Assembly (NCBI GenBank): GCA_964619675.1 | Contig: CAZUEO010000001.1 | Location: forward strand, 2,138 to 66,137 | DNA: 64,000 nt | Direction: 5' to 3' | From: an uncultured Planctomycetaceae bacterium | Lineage (GTDB): Bacteria > Planctomycetota > Phycisphaerae > Sedimentisphaerales > UBA12454 | In this document: positions 57,301 through 63,642 of the stretch, piece by piece | Layout of the letters: every line of letters begins with the position of its first letter | How positions within the stretch are numbered: the first letter of the stretch is position 1 | Program-made: the position numbers and the translations under genes | The notes under the pieces: generated by a model | Told to the model about the DNA's origin: nothing | The model's input: only the letters and a program-made list of their open reading frames with translations | Database searches by the model: none

Positions 57301-60300
57301 TTCAAAATAATATGTTGCGGTAGGATCGCCGACTCCGCCACCTGTAAGTATCGAGAATATATTGATATTTTTATTATTGGCTACTGTCGTAACATCTTCC
57401 AGTATGTAGCCTGTGGTTGGCTCCGGGTCATGCGGCGGAGCATCTCCCATAAGGATGATTATCTTCTTTACCTTTGTATTACTTCGCCAATTACCCAGCG
57501 AATTACCGTCGATGCAGTGCATCAGGCCTGAATAGACAGATTCCGGCCAATCTGCGCCGCCGGCAGGAGTAAGTCCGTCAAGGGCCGTCTGGATGTCGAT
57601 CTTGTTAGTGGTGAATAATGAGTCATCCTTATAAGGATAGTCGGTATCACCGCCGTAAGGCGATGTATTAAAGTCTTTGAAGTCAACGACAGCGATTCTA
57701 TAATCCTTGGTATTTTCAGCGATTCTGTCAACGATATCGGAAGCTGCCGCCTTGATTGAATCCAGTACGCTGCCCATACTGCCGGTTGTGTCAATGCAGA
57801 AGACCACATCGATAGCTTGGGGGGCAGCTTGGTTTGACCCCTGTATATCGCTGTATTTAATAATAACATTTGCGGGCATATCAGTGAATGGTCCGCCATT
57901 GGTTAATGCGATTTGTGAACCATCAATACCGCTGTTTGCCCAGAATATAGTATCTTTTACGTTTATGTTGGCTGCATATGAAGCAAACAAACCGCCGCCA
58001 TTGCTGTTCACATCAGATACTATATTTTCTGTTATTGTGCAGTTTTGGATTTTCGGTTCCGCATAGTATATTGCGGCAATACCGCCACCCTCTTCTATTG
58101 CCCTGTTTGCGGTAATCAGGCAGTTTTTGATTTGGGGTATTTGGATAAATGGCGTGTCGCCGTCAAAACAGATGCCTCCGCCTGTGAGCCTTGCGTAGTT
58201 TTCGGTTACAAAAGTGTCGTTGATGTCTATCAGCGAGTTGAGTGCGTATATACCGCCGCCAGTTCCGAAAAGAGCATAACCGGCATCGGTATAATAGCCT
58301 GTTTGTGTGCCGGCAATATTTCCTTTGATTATTGAATTGCTTATTGTTCCTACGCTGTCGAGAGCAAGAACGCCGCCGCCGGCCATAGAGATATTATTCG
58401 ATATATTGCAGTCGCTGATATGCATATCAACAACTCCCTCACTATATATGCTGCCGCCGAGAGGTGCAGAGTTGAGGACAAAGTTGCATTCGTTGATATC
58501 GGCAGTAAATGCATACCACAGACACAACCCGCCGCCACTGCCGGTATATTCGCCCCCATAAGGTGTGATATCGATCCCTGTTAAATCCCGGTAATTGGGG
58601 TCGTCGAAATCCTGATTGTATGCAGTTCTGTTGTCCTCAAAATGACAGCCATTGAATTTGACAGATGAAGCGGTTGAACAGAATACACCTGCGCCGAGAC
58701 CTGCCATGCGGTAATTTTTGCGAGGCTGTTCTTGATAACCAGACCCGGCATAACGACCGCCAACACCGCTTATGCTGCCGTAGACCGTATTTTCTGTGAA
58801 GCTACAGTTTATAAATTCTGCTGCCGATGAATTATCACAAAATGCAGCACAGCCGGTTGATGTGTACATTTTTATATCAGCCGGAGCGACAGTCGGCTCA
58901 ATGGTAAGTCCCCCGTAACCTCCAAATCCTCCCGCAAAAAAGATTGGACCACCGTCTCCGCCGTTTCCGCCAATTCCACTGACTCCTATGCAATTTTCAA
59001 TTTGACAGCCTGATAATACCGGAACTGAATTGCTGCAATATATTCCTGCACCTTTTACTTTTCCTGGGAGTCCGCCATTGCCACCATCGGTGTCTTCTGC
59101 ACCGGTGCCGCCGTTCCCGCCAATTCCAGATATAGCAAGGCAATTTCTGACGGTAACATTCGTAAGATGTGCATTTTCTTGTCTGATACAAATGGCGGCA
59201 CCTATAACATCTCCGCCGTATCCACCAATTCCGCTTGTGCCTGGTGGAAAATAATTGGCACCTGGGTCAAGCAAGTTAGCCTGATTGGAAAATCCGCTTG
59301 CACCGTTGCCGCCATCTCCGGCAACAGCAATGCAGTCTTCAATCAGAACATTCATAATGTTTGGGTTGCCGGACTGTACATAAATACCTGCGCCGCCGGC
59401 ATTGCCGCCCCATCCGCCATCGCCGCCATCTGGATCCTCTAGGATATTTGGGTCACCGCCTGGGGTACCTGGGCCCGCATTGCCTCCAAAAACTCCGCAA
59501 TTTCTTATAATGCAATTCTTGACATTATGGCTGCCACGAATGGTGATTGCTCCGCCAAAAAGCGATAGCGAATTGCCATTGTATGGATTATTCTGGTGGT
59601 CGGTTTGGGTCGGCCAGCCGTCCTCACCGGGAATTGGGTTCATGCCCATCGTTCCATATCCAATCAACGAGTTTATTATAGTAACGCCGTTAAGGGTGCA
59701 AGGATTAGCCGGGTTACCAGGATCACCGATAAGCACGAACCCAAGATTGGCAGGTGCTTCGCCACCGCAATCGATTACAACATTTTCGGGATGTGTAGGG
59801 TCGCCGACTACAGTAATAATTTTGTTTATGACAAAACCTGTCCCGATATAAGTGCCCTCGTGGATTCTTATCGTATCGCCGTTCTGTGCCTGATTGATTG
59901 CGTTCTGTATGCCGTTGACATCGCCAAAGACGTGTATCACCCTGCTGTAATTAAGCTCAAACGTTACAGTAACTGTCTTGTTGGCGGCGCCCATTGTAAC
60001 AGTGTACGTATTCACATTCCAAGTCCCCGCAACTGGCACGCCGTCTTCTGTCCATCCCGCGACTCGATATCCCTCATTTGGTTCCGCTGTCAATTTTATC
60101 TGGGTTCCTTCAGGGAACATGCCGCTGGCGGGTGTTACCGAACCCCAACCGGGGTTGGGAGCGACACTGATGGCAAGCTGATATTGTGGTATGGCCTCAA
60201 ATTCAACTGTAACGGTCTTGGCGGTATTCATTGTTACGGTGTTTGTAAGAGCCGTTGAATTATTGTCATTTGTGCCTGTCCACAGCTTGACTTTATAGCC

Positions 60301-61965
60301 GGCATCAGGTGTTGCTGTAAGCGGGACAATCGATCCTTCCGGCCAGTAGCTGCGTCTTGGGCTTATTAAGCCATTGCCGCCGGTAACGCTGGTATTGAGC
60401 AGATGTTTTATCGAATTAGGCTCAAATTCGACGGCGACGGTAGTATTTGTCAGAAGTGTTACACTATATGGAGTATTAGAATCATTACTTTGGGTGTATG
60501 TATTAGCATCGTTGATGTCGAATGTTTCACTGTCGCCTTTTAGCCATCGTTTTATTACGTAGCCGGGGTTAGGATGGGCGTTTATATCAATGACACTATG
60601 TTGGACGAAAGGCTGCGCATTATAGTCGTCGATTGAGCCATTGGGGTCGATAGTGAAGGTTGTAAGTTCGCACATTACTATTGAGCTGAACCTGACGACC
60701 ACAGTGTGATTGGCGTCCATAATAACAATTCTTGTCTCATTGTTGTCGTCGATTTCGTTGGAATCAATAATCCATTTCTCAATGTAGTAATTCGGGTCCG
60801 ATGGAGTTGCTCTAAGAAGCACTTCTGTAAACTGCTTGATGAAATTCGGGTCGTTGCCGGGGAGGTTTGAGTCTATTGTTATCGTGCCGAGATTTTCGTT
60901 GGGTTCAACAGCGATAATAAGCACGTAATTGGCATCAATGCCGCTATCGGGATAATGGAATCCCATATCGACGGTATTTGTGTCAGGGACGTTATCTGTT
61001 CTTGTGATGCTGTATTCTGTGTCAGGCATGTTTGCATCGTTGCCGTCGTCAGCCACGCCAATGCCTGCATTGACACAGTTGCTGTCGGGAGGAAACTGTC
61101 CTGCTGCTGTCTGAGTTAAATAATAATTACCGAGAGGGCCTGTTTTAAATATCGGGTTAGAACTTATGTTTCCTGTTCCGCCGTCGCCATCCTGAATGCA
61201 GGAATAGGTGGCTGTTGCACCGTATATGTCGTCGCCGTTGTCCCAGAGGATACAGTTTCTTATTGTTGGGACGCTTATGTCTGTAGCGTAGATGCCGCCG
61301 ATGTTTGCATCGCCGTTGTTCCCTGCGATTGTACAGTTTGTAATTACAGGCGAGGAGCCGTCAAAGCAGTCGATAACGCCATATCCGTATGCCGTGTTTT
61401 CCGCAATAAGACAGTTTTTAATTGTCGGGTGCGATTCGCTACTGGCTTCAATAGCACTGCCGTCAAGGTAGGAGGTGTTTTTTGTTATAATACAGTTTCT
61501 AATAACAGGTGAGGAGTAGAAGCAGTCTATTGCACCGCCGTAAGCGGCAACACTGTTTGTTATTATACAGTTATTGATTGTGGGCGAAGAGTTTATTTCA
61601 CATTCTATCGCGCCGCCATAATACTCGCTGCCGTTTTTGATTGTAAAACCTTCCACAACCGCAGCGGGTATTTCACCGCTATGAAAGTAGAATGCCCTGC
61701 CGAGTCCGTTGCAGTCAATGATACAGGTTGCGGGATTTTTCTTTAGGCTGTAAATTCTGATTGTTTTTCCGCCGAAGTCGAGGTCTCTATTGCCCGGCCC
61801 TGTATAAGTACCATCGGCAACGACAATTAAGTCACTACCGCTTGCGGCATTGATTGCTGCCTGTATTGTAGGATACAGGCCGGAAGGCACGTTCAGAATT
61901 GCTGCTGTTGTAAAGGTGTTTAAAAGGAATGTTACGATTAAACAAAATGTAAATTTCTTAGTCAT
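45364..61965 (-). CDS. Giant (about 5,533 aa) secreted modular beta-helix / PMP-repeat adhesin-like protein
   Basis: A single uninterrupted ORF runs 45364..62025. The likely start is the ATG at 61965, which has GGAG 7 nt upstream and is followed directly by the signal peptide MTKKFTFCLIVTFLLNTFTTAA. The protein holds six right-handed beta-helix modules rich in GGAI...N[CS].F..N repeats, each ending in a DP.F......YYL.Q....S.C.D.G......TR.D...D....D.G[FY]HY cap. Eight InlB-B-repeat-like domains, vWA, choice-of-anchor-L, NIDO-like, dockerin-like and 3 FN3-like domains are also present. Confidence 0.9.
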   Translation of the reverse strand: MTKKFTFCLIVTFLLNTFTTAAILNVPSGLYPTIQAAINAASGSDLIVVADGTYTGPGNRDLDFGGKTIRIYSLKKNPATCIIDCNGLGRAFYFHSGEIPAAVVEGFTIKNGSEYYGGAIECEINSSPTINNCIITNSVAAYGGAIDCFYSSPVIRNCIITKNTSYLDGSAIEASSESHPTIKNCLIAENTAYGYGVIDCFDGSSPVITNCTIAGNNGDANIGGIYATDISVPTIRNCILWDNGDDIYGATATYSCIQDGDGGTGNISSNPIFKTGPLGNYYLTQTAAGQFPPDSNCVNAGIGVADDGNDANMPDTEYSITRTDNVPDTNTVDMGFHYPDSGIDANYVLIIAVEPNENLGTITIDSNLPGNDPNFIKQFTEVLLRATPSDPNYYIEKWIIDSNEIDDNNETRIVIMDANHTVVVRFSSIVMCELTTFTIDPNGSIDDYNAQPFVQHSVIDINAHPNPGYVIKRWLKGDSETFDINDANTYTQSNDSNTPYSVTLLTNTTVAVEFEPNSIKHLLNTSVTGGNGLISPRRSYWPEGSIVPLTATPDAGYKVKLWTGTNDNNSTALTNTVTMNTAKTVTVEFEAIPQYQLAISVAPNPGWGSVTPASGMFPEGTQIKLTAEPNEGYRVAGWTEDGVPVAGTWNVNTYTVTMGAANKTVTVTFELNYSRVIHVFGDVNGIQNAINQAQNGDTIRIHEGTYIGTGFVINKIITVVGDPTHPENVVIDCGGEAPANLGFVLIGDPGNPANPCTLNGVTIINSLIGYGTMGMNPIPGEDGWPTQTDHQNNPYNGNSLSLFGGAITIRGSHNVKNCIIRNCGVFGGNAGPGTPGGDPNILEDPDGGDGGWGGNAGGAGIYVQSGNPNIMNVLIEDCIAVAGDGGNGASGFSNQANLLDPGANYFPPGTSGIGGYGGDVIGAAICIRQENAHLTNVTVRNCLAISGIGGNGGTGAEDTDGGNGGLPGKVKGAGIYCSNSVPVLSGCQIENCIGVSGIGGNGGDGGPIFFAGGFGGYGGLTIEPTVAPADIKMYTSTGCAAFCDNSSAAEFINCSFTENTVYGSISGVGGRYAGSGYQEQPRKNYRMAGLGAGVFCSTASSVKFNGCHFEDNRTAYNQDFDDPNYRDLTGIDITPYGGEYTGSGGGLCLWYAFTADINECNFVLNSAPLGGSIYSEGVVDMHISDCNISNNISMAGGGVLALDSVGTISNSIIKGNIAGTQTGYYTDAGYALFGTGGGIYALNSLIDINDTFVTENYARLTGGGICFDGDTPFIQIPQIKNCLITANRAIEEGGGIAAIYYAEPKIQNCTITENIVSDVNSNGGGLFASYAANINVKDTIFWANSGIDGSQIALTNGGPFTDMPANVIIKYSDIQGSNQAAPQAIDVVFCIDTTGSMGSVLDSIKAAASDIVDRIAENTKDYRIAVVDFKDFNTSPYGGDTDYPYKDDSLFTTNKIDIQTALDGLTPAGGADWPESVYSGLMHCIDGNSLGNWRSNTKVKKIIILMGDAPPHDPEPTTGYILEDVTTVANNKNINIFSILTGGGVGDPTATYYFESLAEDSGGIMFETPDGSQAGNAVMQAIDLATRVGTPIYAEQGCTIIGLEQDANDTWIVSPDSNNIAEDPNFVFEYYLSHIATGQDIDSNCIDAGSSLASILGLDTYTTRIDGVFDSAMVDMGFHYWNAVSEHNITVKILADPNYPGIHGTMTAEPNRLVSYDANTATYKFKFYAGTAPTLTATPDVNYFVKGWYDKNNTKVSANNTFSFTVEANDTYFLRFKPEKITSVSGGGTALRNAVELAENGDTLIVAAGTYNGGINIGGKQIKLYGVNPDDPNVVEKIIIDCTGTIRGFVFSGDETAETVIDGFTIINGGGDTIEGGAIFIDTDSSPLIVNVDISNCNAGNASGGAIYISTGSNPEFRNVNITNCSATINGGGVYISTAGNPIFKNCSITDCDAGINGGAAYCRTLSSPQFINCSFSNNSADSAGAIFYETLCNVNLQGCEFTNNSANQDAGAIMCSLACIVEVNDCNFAGNNADYAGGIYIDEDCDGVIAQTSFSGNETIEDGGAIYITDSNVIEITDCNINTNTALRGGGIFTFASPKVTINNCNINSNQAYILATYLLDPTDPFSVVEDDSLIGEGGGIYAFAGPARIENCQIKFNNARTSGGGIYLSGPIDTNDVNSTLVKNCLIAQNSSGRDGGGVSVNWYANASLENCTIAYNNLTKRGYESSYGGGLYCSYASHTNVINCLIWGNTAEDGTQLAVGSGDVGYPLPATVNVTYSNIGPRFDPNYTQEALAPSLEITLTDNAVTLANAILGPGVTLVGSPGFTGSNNSAGLFKGGIAAGIKIESGIILTNGDANLALPPNNNDGSTGNNTLAGDPDLDTLVPESNTYDATILTFQFTTTGGDLYFNYIFASEEYNEFVNSPYNDIFAFFLDGQNIALIPGTTTPVAINNVNGGNPLGTNAANPYLYNNNDLTDGGPFYDIEYDGFTNMLTAQAPSLGAGIHTIKLAIADTSDYVLDSAVFIQAGTFSDTPTLVNLEPIYVEQGCTLNWDPNGGWHTLSYNSDEDPPLFIKGYYLSQVEAGQEANSPCVDTGSNLASILGFDTLTTRIDGVNDVNIVDMGYHYSHGIPPTPQYDITVKILEDPNYPSIHGTITAEPNGLVSYDANTATYTYRFDAGTIPVFTAIPDANYFVRGWYDANSTKISATESTTFIVDSNNTYFVRFKPARTIQVSGGGSALRNAVELAENGDSLIVAAGTYDGGINIGGKQIKLYGVNPDDPYIVARTIIDCNGSGRGFIFAGGETADTIVDGLTIINGGGDAIAGGAIFIDINSSPLIVNVDISDCDVTNASGGAIYISNGSNPEFRNVNITNCSATMNGGGVYISTASNPIFKNCSITDCDTGINGGAVYCRTLSSPQFTNCSFTNNYAANSAGAIFYEALCNVNLQGCEFTGNTSQNDAGAVMCGPTCAIEVNDCNFAGNDADYAGGIYINEGCDGVIARTSFSGNEATEDGGAFYITDSNAIKITDCNITENTALRGGGIFAIASPKVTITNCQINSNLAYRLETNIYYTDPNDPNTAITEYDDNFIGEGGGIYAFASINKTENCLITYNLARTSGGGIYISGEQSDQNCPLIKNCLIVSNKSSRDGGGISTNWFAATNIKNCTIAQNFVNGNGYQRALGGGIYGSYGSNTQIIDSILWSNAGAEASQIAVGSGDANNPIPSIMNVTYSDIAHPNDVGYITTGQTIRPGFNTYTLARNDDLSTELVDFGFTINFFGLLRSQCYVNNNGNITFNAPLVTFTPFGLTTNIGTPIIAPFFADVDTRAAGSNLVTYGHGTVNGRPAFGVNWLDVGYFSYYTDKLNSFQLIIIDHSDRALNDFDMEFNYQKIQWETGDASGGTNGFGGYSARAGYSNGTGRAGTFYEVEGSGANGAFLDSNPNGLIYREYHSGLQGGFLFRVEGGQPEMPIIGAGLPLVYAEPGCTINWDPNSGWAPDSNNIEDDPNFVFGYYLAQGPAGQDSNSPCIDIGSDTAEALGLNTLTTRADGVVDGVNDVNNIVDLGYHYSTDVRRYELRIDMNNPPDVNGTIEAPWLPGNTYQVYENIMVRLHAIPNVNCRVAMWIIDDTVYETHNQNFTLIMDSNKHVIVRFEYYTPKNLIVPDEYENIQDAIDAAESGDTIYVYRKTNGQPHYITGPNGLDFKGKAIKIRSEDPNDPNVVTQTIIDCNNGGRAFIFQNGEDANSIIEGFTITNCSVAGSIAEGYQPEMISYPASPNYTIYHGDNATGNGYGGAIYCDVNTCPIIRNCIFSNCEVTGGRGNNGRDGYGLTTDEYTRDEDHPRYGEGGRGGSGSGNGYGGVFFCGQNSSPLILNCTISNCTARGGIGGDGGNGSDGTANKIGGDGGNGGNGSGRGYGSAIYAAAGANPKIIRCNFLENTASQGLGGQGGLQGAGLIPDDPPYPQDGSDGASIGAGFGGAIYYETGATADINDCNFANNTTQADISNMYDTGGGAIYSERNCAGITISKSNMTGNSATQGSGGAIWSGANNNIKLTDCYFGGNTATDSNGDGGALAIGETTDTNLCVLDFNNCAFTDNIAGNIGGAITAKNFNATFVNCYINRNTASAGGGLYLISERSTAKIHGGAIMYNRAIGTNAEGGGAFISNLPLEIINCQIMNNTSLFSGGGIMFRGPSTTTSRMHNCLFAKNSANARGGAVFIALNSSPQITSCSFSENGTEPGGYGGAVLCAYNSSPIIKDCIFDQTKRIAIYESSDDSDPNISYCLFYDNYDGDFYDRDSGITYKTLNTSDPNVNIDALNSATAGNNGAGSRSNPLSPPLFVTGDLGEYYLSQKIPSAPDDTDSLAIDAGSALAANVSVLPDNNMADYTTRIDSGDASINAGDAGQLDIGYHYIDIEANKPGRFNLTTAAVGGHGNIAPPSGQYYAGTTVELTAIPDAGWRVNQWAGTDDDSSTNITNYVVMIRDRQVTVSFEQPKNLYVPGEYTSLQNAVNDAKSGDKIILAKGIYAGSESNYDPAKIIINGKNITITGTNPDDPCVVAETILQGNGFRLANVDRTMILDGISIQDAHYYGGYIDCSPEEAHGPTGDGRNGGSIFGGAMNLYNASPTIRNCQFIDCSALASNGCDGTGNEGDGGWAGWARGGAVAIDSESNPLFKNCAFIDCYAQGSNGMDGAGRRGHGGNWGDPNDNAYHTWDFGPYQGYWYYSGYGGAIYCMGGSKPEFEKCLFQGNRAYGGVCGISGTDNIAGYPMQHYAIDSFGGAVYMAAGSEANFTDCDFVDNEAHTRGQIAGSDPNVPNPDTVGVTIEETVLYDSVVSYGGAVCAEGTAIPVFKNCAFINNRACAGGGMYWEDSIAHISRCYFENCTSMLGGAMLLADSNSIVFECDFNGNLAIDPAGQGGAIYCASSDAKFYDCEIINNEASTSGGGVYFSGELAPSMHNCLIIHNNAGRDGGGISSNWDAQLTLSNCTIAHNIITGGGFATGMGGGLSCAYEADTKVINSIIWSNNAEYGPQISVGSPSYAADKLRAEVSVWYSDVEDGAANVFVDTENGCILNWDDANNLTGTTLTSPLFVTGYWGDYYLSQIITGEPLQTVDSNCVNSGSSPAIDNDMYRHTTRTDHVTVKGMAIDSGIVDMGYHYTLTADILGDFNFDGIVDDIDAGLFFEYWMRSGCIFPYFCHERDITEDGEVDFEDFAAFAANYGDTETVPPKPDPMTWAIRPHSADITKITMTATTARDNSGSSIQYYFDCVYGSGHDQPWGPNSTYTDTGLTIGVQYGYRVKAKDEQGNETDWSIISYAVVGQDDAPPQPDPMLWAIAPHPTSSNSISMTAATATDACGPPEYYFDCVSPPDCHDCDWQASETYEDLGLEPNTTYTYRVKARDKSPAQNETAYSIPASATTPPPGEEPNEPNDTTPPQPNPSTWASVPQAVQGLDPNYPLDWWYHIMTATTATDDSGVVWYYFDCYTSSGTDSGWIDTPYYRAGPYPNTNHSGYRVYTKDKYGNTTAPSIDWHTYFDNQP
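45367..46300 (-). other. Three C-terminal FN3-like domains of the giant protein
   Basis: PP.P[DN]P..WA..P....(n)..M.A..A.D......YYFDC....W....Y.D.GL.....Y.YRVKA.D occurs three times. No LPXTG, PEP-CTERM or other sorting signal is recognisable after them. Confidence 0.6.
46318..46500 (-). other. Dockerin-like module near the C-terminus of the giant protein
   Basis: The module reads DFNFDGIVDDIDAGLFFEYWMRSGCIFPYFCHERDITEDGEVDFEDFAAFAANYG. The second half maps to 46318-46380. Confidence 0.6.
51560..52215 (-). other. NIDO (nidogen-like) domain in the giant protein (follows duplication copy 2)
   Basis: CYVNNNGNITFNAPLVTFTPF......PIIAPFFADVDTR, FGVNWLDVGY, NSFQLIIID and FNYQKIQWETGD parallel the NIDO pattern (NG..SF...F.P......IAPFWADVD...W..V.Y...NTFQ..L...F.Y..I.W). 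Confidence 0.6.
52300..54345 (-). repeat. Intragenic tandem duplication, copy 2
   Basis: See copy 1. Protein-level examples are GVNPDDPNVVEKIIIDCTG... versus GVNPDDPYIVARTIIDCNG..., and NVNITNCSATINGGGVYIST versus NVNITNCSATMNGGGVYIST. Confidence 0.9.
54370..55085 (-). other. Choice-of-anchor-L-like domain in the giant protein (follows duplication copy 1)
   Basis: GIILTNGDA...GDPDLD...DATILTFQFTTTGGDLYFNYIFASEEYNEFVNSPYNDIFAFFLDGQNIALIPG...IEYDGFTNMLTAQA...IKLAIADTSDYVLDSAVFIQAGTFS matches the family signature as I remember it. Confidence 0.65.
55150..57200 (-). repeat. Intragenic tandem duplication, copy 1 (junction, Ig-like domain and beta-helix module)
   Basis: It aligns with 52300..54345 at an offset of about 2850 nt. 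For example, 56161-56220 and 53311-53370 differ at 6 of 60 positions. Confidence 0.9.
57200..57816 (-). other. von Willebrand factor A (vWA) domain embedded in the giant protein
   Basis: AIDVVFCIDTTGSMGSVLDSIK maps to 57781-57816 and has the MIDAS D-x-T-x-S pattern. It is followed by YRIAVVDFKD, GGADWPES and IIILMGDAPPH. Confidence 0.8.
59950..60950 (-). other. Four tandem InlB-B-repeat-like (Ig-like) domains within the giant protein
   Basis: Repeats end ...HTVVVRFS, ...TTVAVEFE, ...KTVTVEFE and ...KTVTVTFE. They contain the A.P..GY.V..W pattern (TATPDAGYKVKLWTG, TAEPNEGYRVAGWTE). Coordinates are approximate. Confidence 0.6.
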
Positions 61966-62287
61966 AAATTTGCTCCATCCTGACAAATTTACATAGCCTT
62001 TTTTGAATTTTTTTACCTCGGTCATTTTTTAATACCCTGCCAAAGTTTATATTTTATGCGCATTACACAATTCAGGCTGAGTCATTATTAGGTCTGTCCG
62101 TAACCTTATTGAACTCTGTCTTCCTCACTGCCTGCCTAAAATTGCCGGCAGTGGAAACCGAGTGTCCCGCCTCCTTAAGCCCCAAACAATTCACAAATTT
62201 TATCAGGCTTTTAATCATATTGCAAGACAAAAACATCAATTTAGCTCTTTCAGCAAGCCTTTCTGGTAAAAGAAGTTCCGTTATTTA

Positions 62288-62316
62288 TTGACAGTTGTTC
62301 AACTTGCCTGTAATTT
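62288..62316 (+). promoter_or_regulatory. Candidate sigma-70-type promoter upstream of dapL
   Basis: ttgaca (62288-93), then 17 nt, then taattt (62311-16), about 90 nt upstream of the dapL start. This is a pattern match only. Confidence 0.3.
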
Positions 62317-62406
62317 GAGCCTACGCTTTTATAGTTTCGCAGGATATATCGGCCTGATTTTATCGTTATATAACCTGTTTGTGTTGTTGACTTTAATAGG
62401 TTGGCT

Positions 62407-63633
62407 ATGATTAAAATTAACGAAAACTATTTAATGTTGCAATCGGGCTATCTTTTTCCTGAAATTTCCCGACGTGTCAGGGTATTTGGCGCAAAAAATC
62501 CAGATGCAAAAGTTATAAAACTGGGTATTGGCGATGTAACAGAGCCTTTAGCTCCGGCAATTATTGAAGCGATGCACCATGCCGTTGACCGAATGGGCAA
62601 CAGGGATGAATTTAAGGGTTATGGCCCGGAGCAGGGCTATGATTTTCTGATTGAGGCGGTAATAGCCAATGATTATGCCAGCCGCGGCGTAAATATCGAA
62701 AATACAGAGGTTTTTGTCAGTGACGGTTCTAAATGCGACACCGGAAATTTTCAGGAAATATTCGGAATAGATAATGTCATAGCTGTTACAGACCCCGTGT
62801 ATCCTGTTTATGTAGATACTAATGTAATGGCTGGCAGGACTATCGGACCTGATGGCAAAGGCTGGTATAAAGGTATAGTTTATATGCCTTGCACGCCCGA
62901 TAATAATTTTGTGCCACAGCTTCCAAAAGAAAAAGTTGACCTGATATATCTCTGTTTCCCTAATAATCCAACCGGTGCTGTTGCGACAAAAGAGCAGCTC
63001 GAAAAATGGGTTGACTATGCCAAAGAAAACAAAGCGGTAATTTTATTCGATGCCGCTTATGAGGCGTTTATTTCCGATAATGTTATTCCTCACTCGATTT
63101 ATGAGGTTGAGGGCGCAAAACAGGTAGCGGTTGAATTTCGCAGTTTCAGTAAAACGGCGGGTTTTACCGGACTAAGATGTGCATTTACCGTTGTGCCGAA
63201 AGAGCTGAAAGCCTGGACATCTGACGGCGAAGCAGTCGAGGTAAATCCAATATGGCACAGGAGGCACTGTACAAAATTCAACGGCGCAAGTTACATCTCG
63301 CAAGCCGCAGCGGCAGCAGTTTATACTGAGCAGGGCAAAAAACAGGTTCGCAAAATAATCGAGCTTTATATGTCCAATGCCGCGATTATTGTAGGCACAC
63401 TTAAAGATATCGGTTATGAAGTTTACGGTGGTATAAATGCTCCTTACGTCTGGCTAAAAACGCCCAGCAAGATGACTTCGTGGCAATTTTTTGATTATCT
63501 GCTCGAAAGGGCAAATGTTGTCTGCACGCCCGGCAGCGGTTTTGGTGCAGCAGGCGAGGGTTTCGTAAGATTAAGCGCATTCGGCAATCCTGCAAACATT
63601 GCGGAGGCGATGGAACGCTTTAAAAAACTGTAA
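62407..63633 (+). CDS. dapL: LL-diaminopimelate aminotransferase
   Basis: [24 protein letters not shown]....[18 protein letters not shown] matches DapL, as does the PLP lysine context [13 protein letters not shown]. The TTG at 62401 is an alternative start. Confidence 0.9.
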   Translation: MIKINENYLMLQSGYLFPEISRRVRVFGAKNPDAKVIKLGIGDVTEPLAPAIIEAMHHAVDRMGNRDEFKGYGPEQGYDFLIEAVIANDYASRGVNIENTEVFVSDGSKCDTGNFQEIFGIDNVIAVTDPVYPVYVDTNVMAGRTIGPDGKGWYKGIVYMPCTPDNNFVPQLPKEKVDLIYLCFPNNPTGAVATKEQLEKWVDYAKENKAVILFDAAYEAFISDNVIPHSIYEVEGAKQVAVEFRSFSKTAGFTGLRCAFTVVPKELKAWTSDGEAVEVNPIWHRRHCTKFNGASYISQAAAAAVYTEQGKKQVRKIIELYMSNAAIIVGTLKDIGYEVYGGINAPYVWLKTPSKMTSWQFFDYLLERANVVCTPGSGFGAAGEGFVRLSAFGNPANIAEAMERFKKL

Positions 63634-63642
63634 GGATTACAA

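Noticed and set aside
59596-60258. Plus-strand ORFs of 60-220 aa scattered inside the giant gene (for example 59596..60258, 51616..52170, 53414..53770, 42350..42562).
   Set aside because: All are antisense to a long ORF with strong domain content. Their translations are low-complexity (Pro/Ser/Ile-rich). Pairs of them simply mirror the sense-strand duplication.
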